NCBI GenBank assembly: GCA_027604505.1
Contig: JADIIX010000006.1
Span: forward strand, 248,001-308,043
Origin: Gonapodya sp. JEL0774
Taxonomy: Eukaryota
Direction of reading: 5' to 3'
Length of the DNA stretch: 60,043 nucleotides
The first letter of the stretch is position 1. Each line of letters begins with the position of its first letter. The position numbers and the translations under genes are program-made. The notes beneath the pieces were generated by a model, which was not told where the DNA came from, ran no database searches, and saw nothing but the letters and a program-made list of their open reading frames with translations. Shown in pieces: positions 38,701-54,041 of this stretch.

Positions 38701-40743
38701 CAAGAGCAGCACGTCTTTGAGACCAATAAGCATCTCCCGCTCACTTCCATACTCGAATACAGTATAGAACTGAGCCACTGTTGACGGAATATGACGAGGT
38801 GGTAATTGTGGGCTCGAAAGGGCGGGAGCGTTTTCACCGCGGTGAGTGAAAACAACGGTAGGGTCCATTTTGGTAGGAGAACTTGATGAATTCGAAGAGC
38901 TTTCGACATGTCGTGTGGTGAAAACAATAGGAATCGCGACAATGCGTTTTTGCGACCCATTTGAGAAGAGGGTCGTCGGATGCGCAACTGGGCGATAGCT
39001 ATTGTGATTGGCCCCGACCGAAGCTGAAGAAGAACTGACAATCCGCGATGTAGGACTAGGTGATAGCGGCGACATACCACGTCGATCCAGTCGTTGGAAC
39101 GAAGATTTTTGCTTCCTTGGCGCCCAGGGAGTATCAGCTGAGACCGCCGATCGGGTTGGTGGAGTCCTGGGCGAATCACGTCCCAAACTTGATGTGACGT
39201 GCATTCCCGTGCGGTTTGTTCTCTCTGTGTCGTTTGGGGTGCTATCAACTTCAGGATCCATTTTCCTCTCGTTCACACTCGAAACACCTTCCGACAGGGC
39301 GACGATCGCACACATTCGCCACCCCACCATGCCCCCCCATTTGCCCTCGTCCTCCTCCGTTGTGTGTGCTTGGATGTCAGACCATCGAATCGCCACTGAA
39401 TTCGAGCACCGACTCCACCGAGATGAGAGAACACGGTACGCACGACGAGGGAGAGTGCAAAACGAGCCGCCAGAGAGGCGGGCAGCGACAAGGAAACGAA
39501 GGACGGGGGTCATGTTCGACTCATAAACGGTCTGCGGAGATGCGAAAAAAGACAATTGGAAGCCTGACAAAACATCAACGATGGCATAACACACCGCGTC
39601 ATACAATTTCCCGCTGGTCCACAAAGCTGTAAATGCTTCACCACCCGCTCCTTGCTTCTCACTCGATTCCAGGGCCTTGGTCGCCTTCCCAACATCGGTA
39701 TGCTTGTCAAACTCAATTCGGACGAAATTCTCATACCGGTCACCAGCACCAGGACGGTAGTACATTAGAGGTTTACGTTTGCAAAGCTCTGCTGTGCGAG
39801 GGCATACACCTGAGGCGGCACGGAGAGCGTACAGGAAGGAGGGTATATCCGTGGCCGTGAAAATGGGAGCCACGGGGAAGTAAATGAATGGATGGAAATC
39901 TTCAACCTGGGCGCAACGAGTCCAATAGGATGAGGAGAGGGAAAGCAAGCAGATCTCGTCCCAATGGGCAAGAGGTTTGAACGTTTGTCACATGTTCGAA
40001 GAACTCACCCAAACGCAGACGCTACGCCCATCCAGTGTACTCCCTACAATTCTGATTGGTGGGGCGTTTCCCTTGAGTGGCGGCAATGCTCCATGTTTTG
40101 CCTCGCGAGAAGCGTCTTCACATTCCAGAATTTGGATATGTATGTCATCAGTTTCAGAATTCAACGTAAATGTGGGACGAGGAAGAAGCGGAAACACGGA
40201 GGCGAAGTAAGAGGAGTGATTGCCCTGTGCAACTGCGATGAAGTCGGATGCGGCGACAGGATGAAGTTCTCCGCATGGCTCCCCATCATCACTGCTCTCT
40301 ACCAGGGGGGGATCATCGTCACTCAGATATGGTCGGAGTTCGCCATTACCAGTTTCATCCACAGTTACGTTCTCGTGCAATTGGTGATCCTCAGTGTCTG
40401 TTTCGCTGTTATCAATTCTGTCCCGTTCGACATTCTGCAACGAAATCAAGCCGGTATTGTCGTCATCATCGAGAATTTTCTCAGAAGAATTAATGTTCAA
40501 TCGCGGACGCAATGTCCCATTCGGCGGAGAGGAAGCGACCATGCCATTCGACTTTCCCTCCCGCGAGCTTGGTTTTCTTCGCTTGAATTCTTGAAAGCCA
40601 TAGAATTTGGATTTTGATCCATCACCATCGCCGAGTCCCACAGACTGATTTGGCAATTTCATCACATAAGGGAAACCACAAGAAGGCCACGAGTTCACCA
40701 TTATAACGAGTTTCATACAAAAATTGAGATCGCAAACAGTCAC
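35740..40743 (-). CDS. Family B DNA polymerase, divergent Pol delta (POL3/POLD1)-like catalytic subunit with degenerate exonuclease domain, multi-exon
   Basis: DFRSL/YPSIII (spliced), RQTALKVSANAIYGFTGA, VIYGDTDSVF, NRKRYAG, KGVESQRRDSC, KQVHVELAERIRKR, KSEDPVY, CysA CMVC..VCVKH, CysB CWQC..CANGDC. The start is uncertain. Confidence 0.9.
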
Positions 40744-41046
40744 TCACACAGAAAAAAATAAAGAGAACGTTGTTTACTAACCAGAATGAGCTAAGGTACT
40801 TCCTGAATAATGTGTCACTCCGGAACCCTCGCTCGCTTCCATGAACTTCGACATGTCGGCATCAACTTTGGTGGGAACTGACACTGTTGGCTTATAATGA
40901 TAAATGACCGCCAGATACGGCAAAATAGATGGCACACGACAAGTCAATTAGATTTAGATCAAGGTCGAACTGTTGGGCGATGGACACTGCTCTGTTCTCG
41001 AGAGTGGGTCCAGATGCAAACGTTTAACACTATATCAGGTTCAATA

Positions 41047-43801
41047 CTAGCAGCGAAACAATAAGTATTTCGTTCTTTCTATATCCCGGTGTACCCTTCC
41101 CGGGGTTTCAAGACGCCGGACTTGCCATACGGCTTGGCGGAACTGTTGGCGGCTTGGGAAGAAAGTCTTTCCACTCCCCTTCTCCTGAGTTTGATCTCCT
41201 TCGTCTTTTCCTCTCCTTCTCTCTATTTCGATCCCTGTCCCTGTCCCTGTCCCAAGCTCTCTCTCGCGACTCGCCACGCGAACGCGACCTCGAGCGAGAC
41301 CTGGATCTGGATGTCGCCCTCCGCCTCTTTGTGCGCCGAGGAGATGATGAGCGGGATCGAGGCGAGAGAGAGCGCGAGCGGGAATGAGAAAGCGAAGAAA
41401 AAGAGTGATTGTGGTGTTTTAAGGGTGCGGTGGGAGCAGGCAGAGCGGAATCTCGGGAAGGCGTCGTGAGCGATGAGGGTGAGTCGGTTGAGGGTGTCAG
41501 GTGGACTTTTGATTGGAGGCAAAGACGGTCATCGTCAGACATGCTAAACAAAGAGGATCCATTGTGCTTTTGGATTTCAGAGGACGCACGGGGGACCAGA
41601 ATACGAGCGGCATTCGTGGAATTTTTGGGAGGAATCACATCACATTTGTGCACTCTAAAGAATTGCATCAGAGCCCTAGACCGGCTTACCTTAGCGACTG
41701 TGATCACACGCCCTGCCCACTGCCCCATATTTAGTGTTTCAACGGCCCGATCTCGCTCCTCGACAGTTTCAAACACAACTAGCCTGTGCGAGAGGACCAC
41801 AAGTGAATCAGTGAATTCGCAAAGAGAGAATATCATTCTGCGGAATAGTTTGTGGCAGCCACCTACCCCCGCCCATTGCGATCAATGGCCCGCCACAGCA
41901 CCGTGCCCACGAGTGAAAACAATTCAGCGAGTTCCTGTTAATAAGGCATCGTAAACCAAATGAAAGTACTGACGGTATGGCGAACGATTCCCCGCGGACA
42001 ACACAGGTTATAGTTCCGGCAAACCACATTCCGCAGTCGGCATCTCCTGTGAAGGAATTGTCAGCGATAACTCACATGAACTCCTTTCTCTGGAGGGACA
42101 TTCCGCACTAAAACTGCCGTCGGCAACACCTCGCCGGAACCGTTCGCTTTGACAGCAATTCCGGAAGCAGCAATGTCCGTTAGATTCCGCTCTATGGAAA
42201 TATCCATATCATCAATGAGATGTGGCGGAGTATGGGAAGAAGACTTGATGGGAAGGCAAAGTGGTTGGATGTTATGGGAAATGTTAGACTATTTTTAGTA
42301 AAGTTTGTCATGAACGGGTCTGAATCGCACCTCCATGGATGCCTCCACCCGGCTTCCACGCCACGAACCACCGTGCAAAAAATAGACACATGCCACGGCG
42401 GACTCGAGTGATGAGAACCGTGCGGTCCTGTGTGTTAGAGAATGCCCCACGAAGCCATTATGATACATTAACAGACTGCAAAAGCCCCCTATCACCTAGC
42501 TCACCCTTTTCCCCCGGCATCAACCTTCACGCTCTCCACTTCTCCGATAAGTTTGAGTAACGAGGTTAAATCGGAATCACTGACGTCGCGTGGCAAGCCT
42601 TCCAAAATGACATCCTGACCCTTTGATATCGCCACCTGGTCTCTCACTTCCAATTCTCTCGTCTTCTTGAACAAATTTCCGGGGGCTGATACCACCTTGC
42701 CTTGCGAACCCCGAGACGACGCGAAACTCTCTGTTTCACCCAGACCTCGAGGTACAGCATTGGGCGGTATGCCACTTTGAGTGCTTGCAGACATCGGTAC
42801 AGCGGCAGATGAAGGGGGGGGCGGTGGAGAGGATAGTGATACAGGCCGTGATTCGGTGCGATACATGTCGTAGCCAGATCGGTTGGACCATTCACGATCT
42901 CGGACGCGGTCTCGTTCTCGGTCACGGTCCCGTTCGCGGCGTGAAGCGTAGTTTCGCAAGCGGTCCCGAGACGTGGAGCGAGAGCGGGATCGCGGCCGGG
43001 TAACCGATGACCGGCGGTGACGGTCAACAAAGAGAGGGTCACGGTCCCGGCGTTCGTCCCACTTGTCCGTACGTCTGGACGCGGCAGGGTAGTTCGGAAT
43101 ATAATGAGTGAAATGGCTACGGTCACGGTCACTCCCGCGGTCGGAGCGGTTGGATTCCTGGGGATGATCATCACGACGGTATGCTTGCGATGAAGATCCG
43201 GACTCGTCGATGACAAAGCGGGCGGAAGAGTCGAAAATGAATCCAGGTTTCGCGTAGTCGCATGTAATGTTATTGTTGAGGCGAATTTGTTCGATGGCGA
43301 GGGTTGCAGCGTTAACACCGTCTGGACCTCCGAATTCCTTGAGATGGCAGTAAAAACGAAATGTTGATGAATAAGAGGAGACAAAAAAACTTGAGCATTG
43401 CGGATTAATCGAACCATGGACCCTCCCAAATGGGGATTTCAATCTTAGCAAGAGGAGAACAACCCGTGCAACAGAGGGCAGTCTCTCTCGAGAGTTCAGA
43501 TGCACCGAAAAATCCACTAGACCATGCTGTGGTACTCACCACCCAGGCGAAATTTTGTTTCATCTGATATTGCCTGACTGTCCCGTACTTCTCGCACTGC
43601 AGAGATCATATTGCAAATGAGCTCTTTGCCGCCAGTACTGAGGAACCTTGTAGCTACCAGATGTATGAGATCTTCCAGGTTGTACTTAAGTGAGAACTTG
43701 GCTGTTCGAAAGTTGGACATGAGTCCGATGCGTTTGGACCAAGGAGGGATTCTTGATTCGGGAAGCTGCATGCTTACTGAAAAACACCACGTTCCATGCA
43801 T
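41047..43801 (-). CDS. RRM-containing SR/RD-rich RNA-binding protein, multi-exon
   Basis: RRM-like pieces (VILEGLPRDVSDSDL..GEVESVKV; LVVFETVEERDRAVETLN...GRVITVAK; AATLAIEQIRLNNNITCDYA) with two RS/RD/RE dipeptide tracts. Ends are approximate. Confidence 0.7.
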
Positions 43802-44183
43802 TTCTTGACGATTGTCGCTGACTCATGAAATCAGGTGGAATGAATGTTTCGGGTGTGCTGGACTAGATCAAGCACTGAGACCGGCACTGGGTTCTCTGGT
43901 ACATGTGAACATTATGGATGAATTATCCGTATCACCCAGTCTGTGGTGAATAGTCTGAAATGTGAGTGCATCATTGTGAGATACTATGGAGGAGGTACGC
44001 AGGAAGAGACATCTGGAGAGAATCCGAACTCCATTAGGGTAACATTTAGATAACTGCTTGAGGTTCGGGATGAAAAATTATAAGTCTTGCGATCCACTCT
44101 GCGCGGGCCGCCTGAACCGCTTGTCAGTTATCATCTCTTCTCAATCTCAAACACCACATTCCTGCTCAACCCTCCGAAAATCA

Positions 44184-46805
<2,622 letters not shown>

Positions 46806-46816
46806 AGTGCGCATAA

Positions 46817-48340
46817 TTAGATTGAGGAAGCACTGTTAATCGCAAAATACAGGAGCAACACAGAACTCCGACTTGACGGTGTAAAGATCCTAAAGATCCC
46901 CCGCTGGATCACCCTGAAGCTGTGTGCCGAAAGGGTGGCCAAGTTGTAGCAGGTGGGAGGATGTTGATCAAACTCCGAACGCTTGTATTTAAATAGAAAC
47001 GACACCAATCACCGAGAAATTGAGAATATATATTAATCGAGAAATCCTAGTCAAGTACTCCGCGTGTCGGAGGTTTTCAGCCACATGTAATGTCCGTCCC
47101 GCACAGGTAGCTCTTTCCATTGCTCGCAGACTCAGCTTATTCCCTGACACAGTCGCGGCAAGAACCACAAGCAGGGTCGTAATTGCGATGAACCTTGGCG
47201 GTGAATCGAAATGCGGGTAATGCCCACTTTGGCCACATCGCTCGACTATCTTCAAAACCTCGATGTATGTGACAGCGGTGGCTGGGAGATTCCTTACTAA
47301 CTCCAGGAGTTTGACTCGAAAGAATGCTTGACCGCAGTGGAGCACCACGACTGACTGAGACCCTTGTACATCTGCGAGTTAAGTTCCAATTCTGCTCAGA
47401 AGAGATACTCATATGACAATTCAAAGGTGTGAAAGGAAACGATGCACAATTCAATATCTGTGTGAGTGCCTCTCTCAGCGTCTCAAACATATATTGCGAC
47501 GTACAAATTATGTTAAACAATAGTGCTAGAAGAATCAGAGTTTCGAATCCCGTCTCAAAGCCTGAAAAGCAGAATTGCATAAACTGATCAATTGCGGACT
47601 CGTCAATTACAAAGAACCCTGTGCCTGCCTCTCCAAGCACAATCCACCAGAGAAATTATGATTGTTCTTAGAAGTACTTTCATTGGGCGCGGGGAGCTCG
47701 GTAAACGTTTCTAGGATTCTGAGCTACCATCGCAGCACAAGCATGAGCGATTTAGCTTCATTGACTTACTTTCCTAGGTAAGATCAGCTTTCCCCTGAAC
47801 TGGCTGACCAGAGGTCCTTCTCCACTAAGAGAATCACCATGGAGTGTTCGTCTCATCGACGGGACAGAGCATCATCCATTCCATGTCAAGCGGTTTCATT
47901 ACATACGCCACTCCAAATAGCAAGACTGCATTTGTTTTTATGGCTGTCGCGGAACTCGGAGCCCCCCAAGCAGAAGTACGCCAGTCCGTTTCAAGTATCG
48001 AAGCGGGTTCCCCGCGAGCTCCATGACAAGCCACCAAGAAGGGGAGCACCTTTGCGCCAATGACAAAAGGGTGATGCGGTGTCACAAGCAGGTGTGAATG
48101 AAGCTACTCCGGGGGCGCGAGACTGATACCGATTCCCTCGCCGAAAGCGATTCCACCGCATTCCTGGAGAAGCTGCATCCTGAGTACAGCCACGCAGCGT
48201 TCACAGTAATAACTGATGGAAGATCACTGAGATGCGTCGCAAATCCTCCGGAATGGCCCAGACGAGACGTATCAATGCAATCCAAGGAGAGCGCGGCACC
48301 CAGTGACAGGGTCACAGAGAAGCCACACGTTTGCTAGCAC
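46817..48340 (-). CDS. Hypothetical protein (possible multi-exon gene)
   Basis: Successive - strand ORFs of 63-167 aa between ADH and the 2OG oxygenase. No family recognised. Confidence 0.3.
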
Positions 48341-48740
48341 AAACAGCCATCGAAGGCAGTAGCTGGCAGTTGGCAGCGATGGGGACGCAGAAACGGTGGG
48401 AGGAATTAAAATGCGCAACAGGTAAAATCAATTCCACGGTGATTGCTGTCGGTTCTATTTAAAAACAATCCTCACCACTGATACCGTCCCACAACTAGGC
48501 CATCTTTGGTGTACACATCTACATTGATAAATCGGGGGATTTTACACCATCTGACACTCTCGGTGACACTGAGACGCTCGTCAGAGAGGACGGGGGAGGG
48601 TCCTCCTGGTGGTGGGGTAGGGTAATAGATTAGGTAATATAACTCGGCCCGCGATCCGTCGAGCGTATTTGAGTCATTCGCCTCCACTCCAAGTTTTTAA
48701 CCAGATTCAGAGAAACTTTTATACATCAATATCTTTCGCA

Positions 48741-50530
48741 ATGGGTGACCACTCGATTCCTTCAAACTTCCCAATCATCGACTTTTCGGCTTTCGTTGGC
48801 ACTTCCATTGATTCCGATGTCACCGAAGCACAGAGGGTTGTGGGGGAGAAGATCGTCAACGCATACAAGACTTCAGGCTTCATCTACCTCGTGAATCACG
48901 GCATTGTGAGACAGTGATGGGTACCCGATCATGGTGGTTGATCTTGGCTCCTCGTTGGCTGATGGGCGTCTTTGTCTTCTCAAAAGGAATCTGATGCGCT
49001 TGACACGGTGCTCGCAACGGTGAGAGAACTGTTTGATTCGCCACGTAGTTATTGAGAGGTTTTGGCCTTCACACCGATTATGATTCCATTATCGTCCAGG
49101 CAAAAAAGTTCTTCGAAACGATTCCCTTGGAGGAGAAGTTGGTACCGTGTCCATGCGAGAGCTCTCCGCTAACCCGTTTCTAAGCAAGGCTGATTGTACT
49201 TTTCAGACTCAAATTGGAGCTCGATGATCCCGAGGAAAACCGTGGATACCTCGCAACAGGCCGTGAACGCGTCGCGATGAAGGAGGACTCCAAGGAGGTG
49301 GCGGATGCCAATCGGTCAGAAAAGCCTGACATAAAGGAGTCCTGTGAGTTGAATGGGAAAACTTCAACCTCCGACATGATAGTAATCCAACAACGAACAG
49401 TCGAAATTGGAAGGGAACCTCATCCCAAATTTGCAAACAAATGGCATGTTTCCCTGCCGTCAGATAACAGAAAATCATGGTCTCAACATATTTAGCCCGT
49501 ACCGCAGGCCTGAGTCGATGCCGGAAATGCAGACCACGATCATGCCATTCTGGGAGGTGTGTTCCAACGTGTGTTTTAACGACAGGATTGATACCGTGAT
49601 CCACCAATGATTCCAAAGAAATGTCACGATCTTCATCTGAAAATACTGAACGCGATCGCTCTGGGCTTCGAGTTGCCCAGTGGTTTCTTCACACCTTTTG
49701 CCGACAAAAAGGACCACAACATGCGAATTCTTTACTGTGGGTTGTACACGTCGAATATACTCTTGGTTGAACTCTTTGCGAGGTTATTGTGTTTAGATCC
49801 AGAAGTTGAGGTCTCGCAACTTTCAAAGCCAGGGCAAGCCCGTATCGGCGCGCACACTGGTGAGATTGCTGTGGGCAAATGTTCTAGTCCTTCGCTATCG
49901 AAACTGAGAATCTTGCTCGCAATACAGATTATGGCACTCTTACTCTCCTATTCCAAGGTATTGTGTTCTCGCTCAGTTTTCTCGACACCCTTCACCGATC
50001 GTCCCACGGCCTCGCAGATTCAGTTGGAGGCCTCCAGGTGCAAACACCAAACGGTGACTGGGTTGACGCAACACCGATTCCTGGCTCAATTGTGGTGAAT
50101 GCTGGTGAGCAATGACTTGAGACATCCATCCGTCAGTGCGTCGCAGGTGTTTCATAGAACTGAGCGATTGCGTTACCAATTGCAGGCGACCTTCTTGCAC
50201 GATGGTCCAACGATATTATTAAATCCAACCCACATCGAGGTATTTGAGTTCGGGACAGAAAATGGTTTTGCGGACTTCTCGCCACGCCACACTTCTGATT
50301 GTAACAACACTCTGCCCTTGCCCTCCGATGCTCCAGTTCTGTCCCCCGCCGCTGACAAGGCAATTGATGGCAAATTCCCCCTACGTCAGAGCCTCGCCTT
50401 CTTCTGCAACCCCAACTTTGATGCCACCATTGAAGTTTTGGACCCATGTATCACACCAGATAGACCCGCCTCATACCCGCCCATTTCAACGAGAGATTAT
50501 CTCGTCCGCAGATTATCAGTGACATACTAA
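48741..50530 (+). CDS. 2-oxoglutarate/Fe(II) dioxygenase (isopenicillin N synthase-like), many exons
   Basis: FPIIDFSAF, GFIYLVNHGI, ENRGY, RIGAHT-DYGTLTLLFQ, VGGLQV, IVVNA-GDLLARWSND...THHR, RQSLAFFCNP (HxD...H triad and RxS). Confidence 0.93.
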
Positions 50531-51054
50531 AGAATAGGAAATCATTTTCTGGCCATTTTGTGTTTGCAAGGTGTGGGTTGATAATATATAATTGCTCTTG
50601 CGATCTGTCTGATGTGGCCGCTGCATGTCTTCTATTCGTCTGTACACTGTTGTCACTCATCATTTGGGACTGTAAAGGGTACGCCGGGTAGAATGGGGGG
50701 GATAAGCGGCGAACACATAAAACAGCATAGAAATTAAGGCGCTCGGTGTACAATAACAAATCCCTCAATCCGTGCCAACCCCCCCTGTACCCTTTACAGG
50801 CCCCATTTTACTACTTGGAGCAGTTCGCACCTTCCTCCCAGTTGCAACCCAACCACATCCCAGGTGTTCAATTATTGTATGCAAAGCACTGAACAAACAA
50901 TCTGTTCACTGCAAACATCACTCTAAAAAAAAAGTCAGGTAGAACCAAATGAAAGATACTTGTAGCAAGTCCACCACCATCTCTCCCCTCAAAGTCAACT
51001 CTCCCAGGCAAGTGCAAGCTATCTACATTTTGAGCCTACACATGCTTGTTGTCA

Positions 51055-53576
51055 TCACCGAGCCCAGGCAAGCGCAGGCATACCAAATCTCTCTCTCGAT
51101 GCTCCCATGCCCACAACTCCCAAACCCGCTGCAATCCCTTTCAATTCCCCAGCAAGTCCGTCAACAAAGCCCCTGCCGAATCCATTCCCCAACCCACTGC
51201 TTCCAAATCCTGCTGCAGCACCCCGGCCCGATTCGCCCAACCTTAATCCAAATCCAAACCTCTCCGCCGAAGAAGAACCACTCCACCAAGCTCGCCCGAA
51301 ACGCGCGACGTGATCGGACCAATCGCTCCGTTGACGTGGCTGTGGAGCGACCGGTGCCCTCACAACCTCACCGCTCTGTCCAGCCTCCGCGGCTCGCCCT
51401 CTCAGCTGGTTCGTAAGATCTTGCACTAGTCCCGCACCAACTGTTTCTGATGGGATCCGAACCGACACTTGTGGTCTTGCAGCCGCCCGGATCGCATCCC
51501 CTGTTCGCCCTGTGCGCGAGTGTGCCGCTCGGAAGAAGAGCGCAAACGAGCGTCCAGGCCTGGACATCAGAGACGAGGATAAAGCTGCAAGTTTGAGCAA
51601 GAACTCTCGTGCCGCGGCACGGTTGGGGTACAGAGCGCGTACGATGGTGCGCCGGGCGACCGGCGCACTCGGGACGACCGTTGACGCGGCATGTCGCACG
51701 ATGGAGTAAGCCGACGCCGCCACTGCAGCGGCGAGGATAATAGAGTCAGACGACGGAACAGGGAGGCTTGCCAGCAGATAAGGTGTGGAAATAGCGAGAG
51801 AGGGGTGAGGCTGAGGTTGCGAGGATGGCAGGAAGTGTGAAGCAGAGGATAGTGTCAGAGACGGATGAAGAGAGAGCGAGAGGGAAGATGATATCGATGA
51901 CGAAGAGCCGGTTGGAGAGAGGGGAATGTTTGGGGATACGGAGAGTGAAGCTAAAGGTGCCAGACCGAGGTTTGTCGCAAGAGAAGACGGCGGCGCGAGC
52001 ATTGTTGCTCCGGATGAAATGGAGGAGCCGGACGACACCGAGTTGGTCGAGGCAGCCGGTGAGAGAATGGACGTGAAGTCAAAGGTGGGAAGTGCTGATG
52101 GAGCGATTGTAGTGGGGAGGCTGGTGGGAGTGTTGCTACCAAACAGGACTTCCGTGACTACAGAGAAATGCGTGAGCAAGGGAGAAACAAATGCCAGAAT
52201 TAAGTTGAGCCTCACAATTCGTCTCTGTCAATTTCTCCTTCAAAAAACTGATGACACCCTCAAACTCGGCCAACTTCCCCAAAAAAAATCGGTTTTGTGC
52301 CTCAAGACCCTGCACTTTACTAGCCAGTTGCCTGTTCTGCGCTACAAGTGCCTCGTTGGTTGATTCGAGTGAGTTTTGATAGCGCTTTTTGCGGTCGCGA
52401 GATTCTTGGGCGGCGGCACGGTTGCGGAGCATGCTGATGTCATAGAACTTTGATTAGAAAGGAGTAACAAGAGTCGCAAACCACTAGAGAGCACTCTATA
52501 GTGCAGAATCCAAGGCTTCGACAGACTTGTCACATATTCTTGCGTTGATCTTGTGTAGGTGGCCGAACCTTTTCTTCCGTGCTGGCTAAAGCAGAACCGG
52601 TTTCGTCAACCCACCGAATCATTTGTTTCTCATCTAACTCCTCCACGTCCCCAACATTTGCTGGCCGCTTTTTGGTGTTCTTCACAGCAGCTATGAGTGT
52701 CCTTTGGTCCACAGTTTCCCCCTTGTCTCCAATGGCTACACCGCCAATGATATTGACCTTGGGCTGTCTATGCATTGCGGTTTCCGATTCCGACGAAGAC
52801 GAGCGGGGACGTTTGACACGAGTTGATGCGGAGCCGCCAGAGCTGGCGGAACCTGATGAGGTGCGGCCGGATGGATAGGGTTCAAAGAGGGAAGTCGGGA
52901 CTCGGGATTCCACGCGAGAGGCGAGAGTGGGCTCCTTGTCCGACGAGTCTGCAGGCATAAACATGAAAGCACTATCGTCGTGCACAGGTGTTGAATCCGA
53001 GGAGGTGGAGGACGGGGAGGGAGGGTGCAGCGGAGTCGGTTGGTTGCCAAAGTACCTGGGAATAAAAGTCACACCCAAAGTTAAGACGATTGTCCGAATA
53101 CGAAAAGAGCCTGAAAAGTGTCAAGCAATGAGAAGCATCAGAGCAACAAAGTTGACGCACCAGAAACCGGCGTTCGCATCAGAGTTTGCGTTCCCGCTGA
53201 GTTGTTCATCCGCGAGTGAAGCCATGAGCTGATCAAAGGACATTTCCGAGCCAAGTGGTGACAATTCCACTTGCGATGGGTGGCGGTTCTGGGTCATTGG
53301 GAGGGAGTATATGCCGCGATTCCGTGTTCTCAGAAGACTCGCTTTTTCCGTTGGATTGGGATAGCGAGGGCCAAGAGGAGCCAAACTTTGGAGAGTCCCG
53401 GAACTGAAGCTGCAAGATTTTTTACCGGAAGGCTTAGAGCTGTGAATAGACTTCGCCTCAAGGCTGGCTGATTGCTGCTCTTGCTGAATGTTCTGCTCCC
53501 GACTTGAATACGTCACACCGGGTGGCGCAGCTGTCCATAACAAACACGGTTCGAAGTATCGGAATGATTTCCCCAT
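51055..53576 (-). CDS. bZIP transcription factor, HAC1/XBP1-like basic region, multi-exon
   Basis: MLRNRAAAQESRDRKKRYQNSLESTNEALVAQNRQL leucine zipper, preceded by KRP/TEEK segments and followed by a long Ser-rich tail. The start is uncertain (53576 or about 53297). Confidence 0.8.
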
Positions 53577-54041
53577 GTTAGGAGCCCTCCCCGATTCCTA
53601 TCTCTCGTAACTACATACACCTCCCAGAACATGATATGTACAAAACATGTTTGCGTTTTGTCAAAGCACCATCGTTCAGAACCAATAGGCCGCTGTGCCA
53701 CCCGAGGGGCAAGCACCACAGCAAATTCGTGGTAAGGCACCACATCGATTTTATGCATCCCCCGGGACACATTACTATATCAAGAGGTCATTAAGCTGGT
53801 TGTCAATCCCAACACAATAACTGGATGATACGAGGCAGGGAGAAACGCACGTTTGGTGGACATTCTTCCCCCAGTGTTAGAAAGTACCCATTATAATTCC
53901 CGAACCAGCTCAAAAATTAGCAAATTTGCTTCGGCTCATCTCTCTACATATTTGAAAAGGATCCAAGTGAACAGCTTTGGTGGAGGGTCACAAACCCCTT
54001 CACCTGGCTTCACGTGAAAGGAACTGAGAAACTGCAGTGAC

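Noticed and set aside
41220..41390. Hexamer-like repeats (tccctg, cgagag)
   Set aside because: Explained by RD/RE/RS dipeptide coding in the SR-like protein.
54009..54018. ttcacgtgaa palindrome as a bZIP/UPRE autoregulatory site
   Set aside because: A single short motif is expected by chance in 60 kb, and there is no supporting evidence.
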